64,000 bases of DNA from positions 32,001 to 96,000 of the forward strand of contig CALSSJ010000021.1 in the NCBI GenBank assembly GCA_943788985.1, written 5' to 3'. Positions 20,296 through 28,651 of this stretch are shown piece after piece. Position 1 is the stretch's first letter; each line of letters begins with the position of its first letter. The stretch comes from an uncultured Lentisphaerales bacterium (lineage in GTDB: Bacteria > Verrucomicrobiota > Lentisphaeria > JABSQK01 > UBA12247). A program made the position numbers and the translations under genes. The notes under the pieces were generated by a model. It did no database searches. It was not told where the DNA came from and saw only the letters and a program-made list of their open reading frames with translations.

Positions 20296-21104
20296 CGACT
20301 TGGTTTTTGCGGAGTCCGCAAAACCCAAAAGTAAAAGACGCCGTTAAGCTACGGAATCGCCGCCATCGTGACCGCACAGACCGCACGCTCATCGAAGGCT
20401 ATCGTGAGCTGCGCCAGGCGCTGACGCACGGGATTCGCCCAGAAAGCCTGTTCTACTGCCCGGAGTATTTCTTAGGCGACAACGAGGCTGAACTGCTGCG
20501 GCTTGCGGAGGTCCGCAGGCGCGCGGCTACTGCAGACCGACACACGGGTATTCGATCGGCTTTTCGTGCCGCGAGCGCCCGGACGGCCTGCTCGGCATTG
20601 CCCCACTGATGGGACGCGAGCTGGCTGAGATGCCGACTGGCGACCCGCCGTTTTTACTGATTGCCGAGGCGATCGAGAAGCCGGGAAATCTGGGCGCGAT
20701 TCTGCGTTCAGCCGACGGCGCGGGGGGCAGACGGCGTGATCGTCTGCGATCGCACCACCGACATCAACAATCCAAATGTCGTGCGCGCGAGCATCGGCAC
20801 ACTATTCTCGGTCCCAGTTGCGGAGTCCGCAACCGTCGATGTGCTGGCCTGGCTGCGGGAGCGCGGCATTCGCTCGGTAGCAGCAACACCTGCGGCGACC
20901 AAGCACCACTGGGAAGTGGATATGACCGGACCGATTGCGGTGGTCGTCGGCAGCGAGCAGTACGGGCTCACGGATGCTTGGTTGGAGGCGGCAGATGAAT
21001 CAGTACGCATCCCAATGCTCGGCGCTGCCGACTCCCTGAATGTAGCGACAGCTGCGACCTTGATGGTCTACGAGGTGGTCCGCCAGAGAATGGCACAAGC
21101 TTGA
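20285..21104 (+). CDS. TrmH/SpoU family RNA methyltransferase, several homopolymer frameshifts
   Basis: SPQNPKVK, IEGYRE, EKPGNLGAILRSAD, GSEQYGL and IPMLGAADSLNVA; joined by removing extra bases near 20305, 20510, 20562 and 20724. Confidence 0.85.
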
Positions 21105-21213
21105 TTCGTACCGCGTGCAGCGTGAAAGTGCCATCCGGTGCTACCTGAACCGAGCCCCGTTGATGAAGACGCGACGGGCGTCGTCTAAGGGCGGCTGGCC
21201 GTGGAGGAGGAGT

Positions 21214-21408
21214 GCAACGAAGAAAAGAAGGATGGAACCACTAAATTTCACTAATCTTCACTAACTCCAGGGTCTGGGGTTGAGCGTGTTTTGTTCATTG
21301 TGGCTAGTGGTTCGGATTCTCTTCGGGGGCAGGATGGGCAGCAGGCGCCAGTTTGTTCATTAGTGTGGATTAGTGAAAATTAGTGGTTTGCTCTTCTTTT
21401 CTCTTTGC
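21214..21408. repeat. inverted-repeat element (about 50-bp imperfect arms) downstream of GxxExxY gene
   Basis: Arm 21235-21264 GAACCACTAAATTTCACTAATCTTCACTAA vs 21360-21389 TTAGTGTGGATTAGTGAAAATTAGTGGTTT; outer flanks GAAAAGAAG / CTTCTTTTC are also complementary; degenerate arm at about 21290-21313. Confidence 0.9.
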
Positions 21409-21418
21409 CGCTCAACCA

Positions 21419-21790
21419 TTAGTCGCTGACATATCGTTTCCATTCCAGCTTGCTAGGATTACCAAAGTTGATCAGGTAGCCCACTGGCTTGCCGGTCGCT
21501 TTGAGGTAGTTCAGGATCTGGGCGGCTTCGACCTTGGAGAGGGCTTTCAATGCTTTCAGTTCGACAACAATTCCATCGCTCACATAGAGATCCGGCCGAT
21601 ACCGCTTCTGCAACTCCTGGCCCTTATACACGATCCGCAACTGCGGCTGGGACTCAAAATCGATCTGTCGGCTGCGAAGCTCCAATTCCAAGGCCTCTTG
21701 ATAGACATCTTCAAGGAAACCCGGCCCCAAGGTATTGTAAACCTCGAATGCCGCCGCCATCAGATCATAGCCCTCTTGCTCATACGCCAT
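21419..21790 (-). CDS. GxxExxY protein (PD-(D/E)XK nuclease superfamily)
   Basis: LGPGFLEDVYQEAL (GxxExxY), YRPDL..IVVELKA, QILNYLKATG..GYLINFG; 123 aa from ATG 21790. Confidence 0.95.
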   Translation of the reverse strand: MAYEQEGYDLMAAAFEVYNTLGPGFLEDVYQEALELELRSRQIDFESQPQLRIVYKGQELQKRYRPDLYVSDGIVVELKALKALSKVEAAQILNYLKATGKPVGYLINFGNPSKLEWKRYVSD

Positions 21791-21795
21791 AAAAA

Positions 21796-21825
21796 TTAGT
21801 GCCAATTAGTGAAAATTAGTGGTTC
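21796..21825 (-). repeat. CACTAA x3 repeat copy immediately upstream of the GxxExxY start codon
   Basis: Minus strand GAACCACTAATTTTCACTAATTGGCACTAA-TTTTT-ATG. Confidence 0.92.
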
Positions 21826-21880
21826 GTATTCTGGCTGTAAGCAGGCCGTGAAGGGGGAGCAGGAAGAAGAGAAGAAAATG

Positions 21881-21974
21881 GAACCACTAATTTTCACTAA
21901 TCTTCACTAATGAATCAATCCACATATATCAGGCCCTTCTTACATTAGTGAAGATTAGTGAAAATTAGTGGTTC
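21881..21974. repeat. perfect 32-bp inverted repeat with 30-nt spacer
   Basis: 21881-21912 GAACCACTAATTTTCACTAATCTTCACTAATG is the exact reverse complement of 21943-21974. Confidence 0.97.
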
Positions 21975-22147
21975 GCATTCTGGCTGTGGCTGGCTGTGGC
22001 TGGCTGTGAAGGTGGAGTAGGAAGAGTTTGATAAGTCGAGGCAGCGTAAATGTTCCAGTGGAATACCCTAAGAATGTTAGATCTGCCGTGACATTCAGCC
22101 AGCAGCCCTATCCTTAATTGCCTCCGGCTGTTTGCCAGTGGATATAC

Positions 22148-23095
22148 CTATTCCTTCACTGGGGCGCGAAGCGTGCGGTCGACTGGCCATGGGGCGCCTT
22201 CGGCGATCCACTGCTTAATCAGGGCGCTTTCCTCGGCCCTAAGGGGCTCGCCCTTAGCGGGCATGATGTCGTCGTGGTCGGCGTCGAGAATGGTCAGCAG
22301 ATACAGTGGGCTTTCGTCGGGCTTGCCCGGCACGAGTACGGCATCGAAATCGGGGCCCCGGTCGAGGGCAAAGCGCGTGTGCATGCTGAGGTCGCCCTTG
22401 TCCTTCTCAGGATTGTGGCACTGGAGGCAGCGGCGTTCGAGAAGCGGGGCGATGTCACGGTCAAAATTCACCGTAGCTTGTTCGACGGCTTCGGCCGGTT
22501 CTGAATCCTTTCGCTGGCTTGTGGCGGCAGGCTGTTTCTCCATGACGGCAGCCACGGGCGATGTCTTGACGGCAACGGGTCTGGGCGGTGGCCGCATCAG
22601 ATCGACGCAAAATTTGATGGCAACTGCGAGTAGGATGAGCAGCATGGCCTCGGCAAAGCGCCAGGTCCCGCTCGCTGCAGGCTGCGCCTTGAGCGCCGGC
22701 ATGGCTGGCTTCGGTGCCGCAGACTTTCGGCGTGACTTTAGGACTGTTCTCTTTGCGGTTTTTGCCTTATCGATCTTGTCCACGGCGGTGGGAGGGGCCT
22801 CTTCCGCTACCTCGTACCAGATGTCCTCCCCCTCGTAACCGAGCTGAAAGCGCTCGCTGGGCGCAATCCCGTAGGGGCCAGCGATCTTGTGGGTGTCGAT
22901 GTAGACGCCATTGGTAGAGGCTAGGTCATCGACGAAGATTCTTCCAGAACGTAGAAATATAGTGGCATGGTGCGAGGAAGCGCTAGCGATGCCCACCGTC
23001 AGAGTAGCAGCCTGGTCACGCCCGATTGTGGCGCGATCTTTGCTAAGATCTACAGTGACCTTGGCCCCGCTACCGGCTACTAGCTCGACAATCAA
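22148..23095 (-). CDS. FHA domain - TM - planctomycete cytochrome c domain protein
   Basis: IGRD, SSHHA and STNGVY (FHA); one TM; VNFDRDIAPLLERRCLQCH..VPGKPDESPL..MP..IKQWIAEGAPWP; TTG start overlaps the upstream stop. Confidence 0.88.
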   Translation of the reverse strand: MIVELVAGSGAKVTVDLSKDRATIGRDQAATLTVGIASASSHHATIFLRSGRIFVDDLASTNGVYIDTHKIAGPYGIAPSERFQLGYEGEDIWYEVAEEAPPTAVDKIDKAKTAKRTVLKSRRKSAAPKPAMPALKAQPAASGTWRFAEAMLLILLAVAIKFCVDLMRPPPRPVAVKTSPVAAVMEKQPAATSQRKDSEPAEAVEQATVNFDRDIAPLLERRCLQCHNPEKDKGDLSMHTRFALDRGPDFDAVLVPGKPDESPLYLLTILDADHDDIMPAKGEPLRAEESALIKQWIAEGAPWPVDRTLRAPVKE

Positions 23096-24352
23096 AACAG
23101 CGCGAGAACCGGCTTGCCGCCATTGGCGATGGTGAAGGGGCGACCAGACTTGGAATACAGTTCATGGGCAGGATCGATGCCGACCGCATGCGCGATAGTC
23201 GCGTTAAGATCTTTGACGCTAACGACCTTTTCTGCCACCGTCGCACCTCGTGAGTCGGTCGCACCGTAGACCTGCCCGCCCTGTACTCCGCCGCCTGCAA
23301 GCATGCAGGAAAAGGCCTTCGGATGGTGCCCCCGCCCATTGCCATCGTTAATCTCAGGGGTGCGGCCAAACTCACTTACTAGTACAACGAGGGTGTCTTC
23401 GAGCATGCGACGGCGGTGCAGGTCGTCCAAAAGCGTGCCGAGACCGGCGTCGAGTTGCTGGAGTTGCTTCTCGAGCCGCTCGAAGTTGTCGGTGTGCGTG
23501 TCCCAGCCGCCAAAGGTGACCTCGACAAATTTGATGCCATGCTCGACGAGTCGACGCGCAAGCAGGCAGCCCTGGCCAAAGTTATTCTTGCCATAGCGTT
23601 CGCGGAGGTTCTTGGGCTCACGGGCAATGTCAAACGCTTTGAGCTCGCTGGATTTCATGAGCTTCACGGCATCTTCGTAGGCCTGGGCGTACCCGTCCAC
23701 CTGGCGACTCTCGAAGCGGGAGTCGAACTTTGTGTTCAGGGTGCGAAGCAGCTGCATGCGATGCTCGAAGGTCCCTTCGTCCACGTGTGGCGGCGGCGAG
23801 ATGTTACTGAGGCCGGCTTCTGCGCGACTGATGCGCAGTGGTTCAAACTCTGGCTCGAAGAAGCCAGCGCCGATCGGATTACGAGCCCCAATATTGATGT
23901 TTCCCGGTAAGGTCTCGCTGTTCTTCCCAGAGAGTTTGAGCGCCCAGGCCCCCGAGTCCCGGATGCTGAATGGTGCCGAGCATTGGATAGCTGGTGCGCA
24001 TGAAATAGGAGCCACGCTCATGGCTGCCTTCCTTGGAGGTCATCGACCGGATTATCGCTGCGTGCTGCAGTTGTCGCGCAAGCAAGGGCAGTCGATCCGA
24101 GATCCGCTCGCCAGTGATGGAGGTGCGCATGGGAGCAAACTCGCCAGCAACCTCTTTATCCTGCTTGGGGTCTAGCGTGTCGAGATGGCTCATGCCGCCA
24201 GCCATGTACAGGTAGATGACGCGCTTGGCCTTTCCCCCGTGATCGGCCGCCTGCGCGGAAAAGCTGGAGAACAAGCCCACTCCTAGGCAGGCTTGGGCCA
24301 TGCCAGTAAGAAACTCGCGTCGGTCCAAGTCAGATGCTTTGGTTATATTCAT
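23092..24352 (-). CDS. DUF1501 domain protein with Tat-like leader, frameshift near 23950
   Basis: RREFL, YMAGGMSHLDTLDPK, FGQGCLLARRLVEHG, GWDTH and SEFGRTP motifs. Confidence 0.9.
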
Positions 24353-24365
24353 GAGAGGCTCCGGA

Positions 24366-26294
24366 TTATTGAATAAACAGGAATTCGCGACTGTTCAGGA
24401 TCGCCCAGACCAGATTCTGGAGGCCTTCCCGGCCGCCATTGGCGTACTCAGTCCGAACCAGTTTGCGTTCATCGGCGGTGGGGCGGCGACTAAGCAAGGT
24501 GACGAACAGGCGATCGGCAAGCTCACTGCTGGAACACGCAAGTAAGGTCTTCATTAGCGGCATCTTTGCCTGGGTCAGGGTGCTGGACAGCTTGCCGTTC
24601 ATGAGCGCAAGCACCTGTGGGATACTGGGCTCGATGCTAGAGCCATTGATCACTTCGCGCTCGGATTGACCGAAGGCTTGGAGGAAGCCATCGTCTCGCC
24701 CTCCGCCAGGCCTCATCTCGGATGCTCGTGCTACAAACGGTCCATTGTTGCCTTTCGTTCGCCTCTTGCGCATCGTGCGATTGGCCTCCATCATCATGGA
24801 TCGCTTGGCCTTCATCGTATCGCGTACGGATTCGAGAATCTTCTCAGCGCTCATCTCGCTGAGGTCGGGCATGGCGGCCATCATTTCTGCTCCCTGTCTG
24901 CGATTGGGCCCAGCTTGCGCTCGTCCACGTCATCGCTCAACAGAGTCATGAATGAGTCCCAGAGCTGCTCGGCCCGCATTCTGCGCAGGGGGCGCGCCTG
25001 GGCGTAGTAATTCCGTGGTGTGATGGCGCTGGCAGAGACCGCGCTTTGGTAGGCCCGGGTGTTGCAGAGAATGCGGGTAAACTCGCGCATGTCATAGCCA
25101 ATGGTGGTAAAATCTCGGCCCAGCTGCGCCAGCAAGGCATCATCGATGGCCTCACTCTTGTCCTTGAAGTCGTCGATGGGCTCATGAATGGCTATTCCCA
25201 TCAGGCGCTTCCAGATCCGGTTTGCCATGACTGTCGCGAACCGCGGATTGTTCCGGTCAGTGAGCCAAGCGGCGAACGCTTCGCGGTGATTGTCATACTG
25301 ACTGAGCAGCGGCATAGTGCCAAAAATGACTTCTGGCACTGCTTTGCTATTTGGCTTCGCGTTGGCGTAGGCGTAGTCCTTGGGATAGCGGAGCGACTTG
25401 CGTTCGGCGGTGTGGACATTTAGCGTGATTTCGTTCAAAAAGCGCCGTATTGCAGCGTTCTCTTGGGGGCTGAGCTCCTCTTGCAGCTCACGCAACTTTT
25501 TCCGCTCGTTGCGATCGGCGAGCATATTCAGCCCACCACGGGTGTCGACTTCGCCAAAGAAGGCGGCAAACTGATAGAAATCTTTTTGCTTCCATTTGTC
25601 GAACTTGTGGTCATGGCACTGGGCGCACTGCAGCTGGGTGCCGAGAAAAACTTGTGCGGTCATGGCGGCAGTCTCAAGAATGCGGCCTCCGTCTCGGACC
25701 CAGTAGCCAACAGCACCATCGTCTAAAAGCCGTCCTTCGGCGGTCAGTAGCTCGCGAGCCATCTGATCGTATGGCTTGTTTTGCTCAATGGAATCCTTGA
25801 TCCACGCGGGATAGTTTCCAGCATCTCCGCGGATTGGCGCAGCCCGCAACAGGTCTGCCCAGAAATTGTAGGTGTGACTGACATAGGCTGGCGACGCCAG
25901 CAGAGTATCGATCAGGGCGCTTCGCTTGTCCGCAGAACTGTCATCCAGAAACGCTACGGCCTCGTCATGAGTGGGAATACGCCCGGCGAGATCGAGGTAG
26001 AGGCGACGCAGAAATTCTTGGTCGGTCACAAGACGTTCCTGCGTCAAGCCCTTGCGTTGGAGTAGCCCGGCCACAGTTTCATCGATCCTGCGACTAGCGG
26101 CTGGCTGGACGGATTGCATCCGCTTTGACTGGACAGCTTTTGCTTTCGCGGCCCGGCGCAGACGCCTCCTTGGCCGCGGAGTTCGCAACGGTTGGCACTG
26201 GCGAGGATGGGCCGAAGATTCTAGGCAGCCACAGCGATAGGCTGAAGATGACGATCACATAGAGGAGATAGAAGAGTGCTTTTCTCGAGTTCAT
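24366..26294 (-). CDS. DUF1549/DUF1553 (PSCyt2/PSD1) protein, frameshifts near 26152 and 24884
   Basis: FLRRLYLDLAGRIPT, FLGTQLQCAQCHDHKFD, NRIWKRLMG, RRMRAEQLWDS and WAILNSREFLF across three ORF pieces; N-terminal TM. Confidence 0.87.
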
Positions 26295-26382
26295 GGCGTA
26301 CCTAGGAAAAGAGTGATATTACAGAGGTACGTGTTGAATGGCACAATCGTATGCTGCAGGACATTGGGCAAGCCTGGACAGC

Positions 26383-26742
26383 TCACGGCAGCAGATAGCC
26401 GGGGGCACCTTGGATTGCGGAGTTCGCACCGCGAATCGCGGTCGCGGGGAGCCGAATCACAGACTGGAGAATGGAGAACGGTGCCATGAGCCCACGGCCT
26501 AGGTTTTTACCGCCTCGATTTAGGCCCAGTCCGGGCAGTGGAGACAGGATTAGCTCAGAAGCCCCCATGGGCAGGTAAACCAAATCGGCCACGCCGGAGA
26601 CGAGGTTTGCGGCCTCGTTGGCCGTGGCTGAAACGGAGGGCAGCGCCTGGATGGCGGCTACATACTCGGGCAGAATGGGCAATGCAGATGCCTGTGGTGC
26701 GAGGAACCCAATCAACATGACTGTACATAACGCTCGCTTCAT
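26383..26742 (-). CDS. hypothetical exported/membrane protein
   Basis: Signal peptide MKRALCTVMLIGFLAPQASA; same orientation as neighbours. Confidence 0.65.
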   Translation of the reverse strand: MKRALCTVMLIGFLAPQASALPILPEYVAAIQALPSVSATANEAANLVSGVADLVYLPMGASELILSPLPGLGLNRGGKNLGRGLMAPFSILQSVIRLPATAIRGANSAIQGAPGYLLP

Positions 26743-26768
26743 GATACTTGCCTTTTGTTTCGTGCTTG

Positions 26769-27326
26769 CTAGTAGCGCCTGACCGGGGCCTGAGCGCGCT
26801 TCGCGTGCGCCCGCTTGACCGCGTTCACGATCGTCTGCTTCTGGAAGGAACGGGCCGCCCGTGTGAGCTGGTTCATCTCTCCGGGTTGGGCGCTGGTGAA
26901 GCAGGCCACGTAGGTTTCACCGACCATGAGATCATCTTCGATCCCGCTCCCAGTTACGGTAGGAGTATAGCGCCGGGTGTGGTTCCCCTGACGATCGTAA
27001 TCATAGGGAATTTTAAAGGTGTACCGAAAGGAAATTCGTGCGTGGCGCTTCCCCCAGTTTCCGAAGAGCGTCTCGACCACAGTGGCGCGGTACTCGGTAT
27101 GCTCGGCTTTGACGCGGCCCGGCTGCCCGGTGGTAAGAATATGGCGCTCGACCCGCTCAACTTTGTGATCAATCCTGACCCGCAGCACGGCGTTGACGCT
27201 TCCAGCAAGATGCTCAAACTTGGCATACTTGCGGTAGTAGTGGTGCTTGGGTTCCCAATACCGATCTCCTGCCAGCAAGGGAACGGCCAGACACAACAAC
27301 AGTATGCTAATGTGACTCCGCTTCAT
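26769..27326 (-). CDS. hypothetical secreted basic protein
   Basis: Signal peptide MKRSHISILLLCLAVPLLAG; overlaps the pssA end. Confidence 0.7.
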   Translation of the reverse strand: MKRSHISILLLCLAVPLLAGDRYWEPKHHYYRKYAKFEHLAGSVNAVLRVRIDHKVERVERHILTTGQPGRVKAEHTEYRATVVETLFGNWGKRHARISFRYTFKIPYDYDRQGNHTRRYTPTVTGSGIEDDLMVGETYVACFTSAQPGEMNQLTRAARSFQKQTIVNAVKRAHAKRAQAPVRRY

Positions 27327-28131
27327 TACACTCCGTGTCTGGGGGCGGGACGGGAAGGCGGGTGAGACAGATGCGGACCAAATGGGCCACCGGGCCAGCG
27401 AGGACGTATGCGTTTGCAGCCAACATGGTGATCAAACGCGGGCGCCAGCCGTAGAGAATACCGAGGGTAATGACTGCCAGCATTTTGAGCTTGTTGTGGC
27501 GGGCGCTGCCGAGCCAGCGGCCCACGTGGGGATACTCGATAGGGCTGACCATCAGCAGCCCGATCACTCCGGCATAGACGGGCAGCAACTGAGACAGCAT
27601 TGCGATGTCCGCATCCAGTTTGGGATCGGTATAGAAGAGGACGAGGGTTACGACGGCCGCGGCCGCGCCGGGAGACGGTAGGCCCGAGAACTCTGTAGGC
27701 TTTCCAGTGCCAGCAATCGCATGCACGTTGTACAACGCCAGGCGAAGCGCGGCACAGCCCATGTATACAGCACACAGCGCCCAAACCCAGCGATAGTCAA
27801 TCAGGCGCGCATCGAGTGTGTGCGCCATCACAGCGACCATGACCGCGGGTGCGACGCCAAAGGTGACCATGTCAGCTAGCGAATCCATCTGGGCGCCGTG
27901 CAGTGACATGGCGTTCAGCATCCGGGCGATCCAGCCGTCGAGCATGTCGAAAATCATGGCACCTACGATCAGCCAGGCACTGGTTCCAAGAATCTCCGCG
28001 CGCTCAGCGATCGTGGTCACGGCGTAGATATGGAGCAAATTGAGGATGGCACCGAAGCCGCACAGAGAATTCCCGAGCGTCAGACCGGTAGGGATAAAAC
28101 GGTACCATTGTCGTATGTGTGGGCGCTTCAC
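27307..28131 (-). CDS. pssA: CDP-diacylglycerol--serine O-phosphatidyltransferase
   Basis: PTGLTLGN, DMLDGWIAR..GAQMDSLAD..FGVAPA and FSGLPSP motifs. Confidence 0.9.
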   Translation of the reverse strand: MKRPHIRQWYRFIPTGLTLGNSLCGFGAILNLLHIYAVTTIAERAEILGTSAWLIVGAMIFDMLDGWIARMLNAMSLHGAQMDSLADMVTFGVAPAVMVAVMAHTLDARLIDYRWVWALCAVYMGCAALRLALYNVHAIAGTGKPTEFSGLPSPGAAAAVVTLVLFYTDPKLDADIAMLSQLLPVYAGVIGLLMVSPIEYPHVGRWLGSARHNKLKMLAVITLGILYGWRPRLITMLAANAYVLAGPVAHLVRICLTRLPVPPPDTECNEAESH

Positions 28132-28631
28132 GTTAGGCAGAATTTAACCCTAGATGGAGAGAAAAACAATATCGGGTCAAAGGTGGCACGGTCGTGGTCT
28201 AGACAGTGAAAGCCGAAAAGGTCGGCGTGTTGGACGAAGAAGGGGGAGGACTTTCCGTCGCCCACCCAGGTTGCCAACAAGAAGGAAAGGTCTGGCTCAT
28301 GTAAGACGAACAGGATCCAACCGGCGACATCTCCGTAGATCAGCGCGGTGTTCAAGATATCCTCTGCGCCACAGCCTCCAGCGAGTTCCGGCGCTGGGAA
28401 GATTTTCTCACCGCGGTCGAAGGCCTGGGCAATGATAGCGGCCGTTTGGGTACAGCGCAGGGCGGGCGAATGCAGGATGGTTCCCGGGGAAATCCCAGTC
28501 TTCTGCAGAAACTCTGCGACGTCCGCGGTCTGTTCCCGCCCTAGCTCGGTGATCGGGCGCTCGCGATCGTACGAGACGCCTGCTTCCTGTCGACTCGCAG
28601 CATCGGCGTGGCGCATAAACAGCAGCTTCAT
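28128..28631 (-). CDS. sixA: SixA-like histidine phosphatase
   Basis: MKLLFMRHADA, DRERPIT, SPALRCTQTA and HEP; start at ATG 28631. Confidence 0.82.
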   Translation of the reverse strand: MKLLFMRHADAASRQEAGVSYDRERPITELGREQTADVAEFLQKTGISPGTILHSPALRCTQTAAIIAQAFDRGEKIFPAPELAGGCGAEDILNTALIYGDVAGWILFVLHEPDLSFLLATWVGDGKSSPFFVQHADLFGFHCLDHDRATFDPILFFSPSRVKFCLT

Positions 28632-28651
28632 ACGAGCGGACTCATGGAGGG

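Noticed and set aside
21383..21799. 138-aa ORF antisense to GxxExxY as a possible antitoxin
   Set aside because: Mirrors the sense gene on the opposite strand, starts within a repeat and has no recognisable features.
21235..21974. CRISPR array interpretation of the 30-bp repeats
   Set aside because: Copies alternate in orientation, spacing is irregular, a gene lies between them, and no cas genes are in the window.
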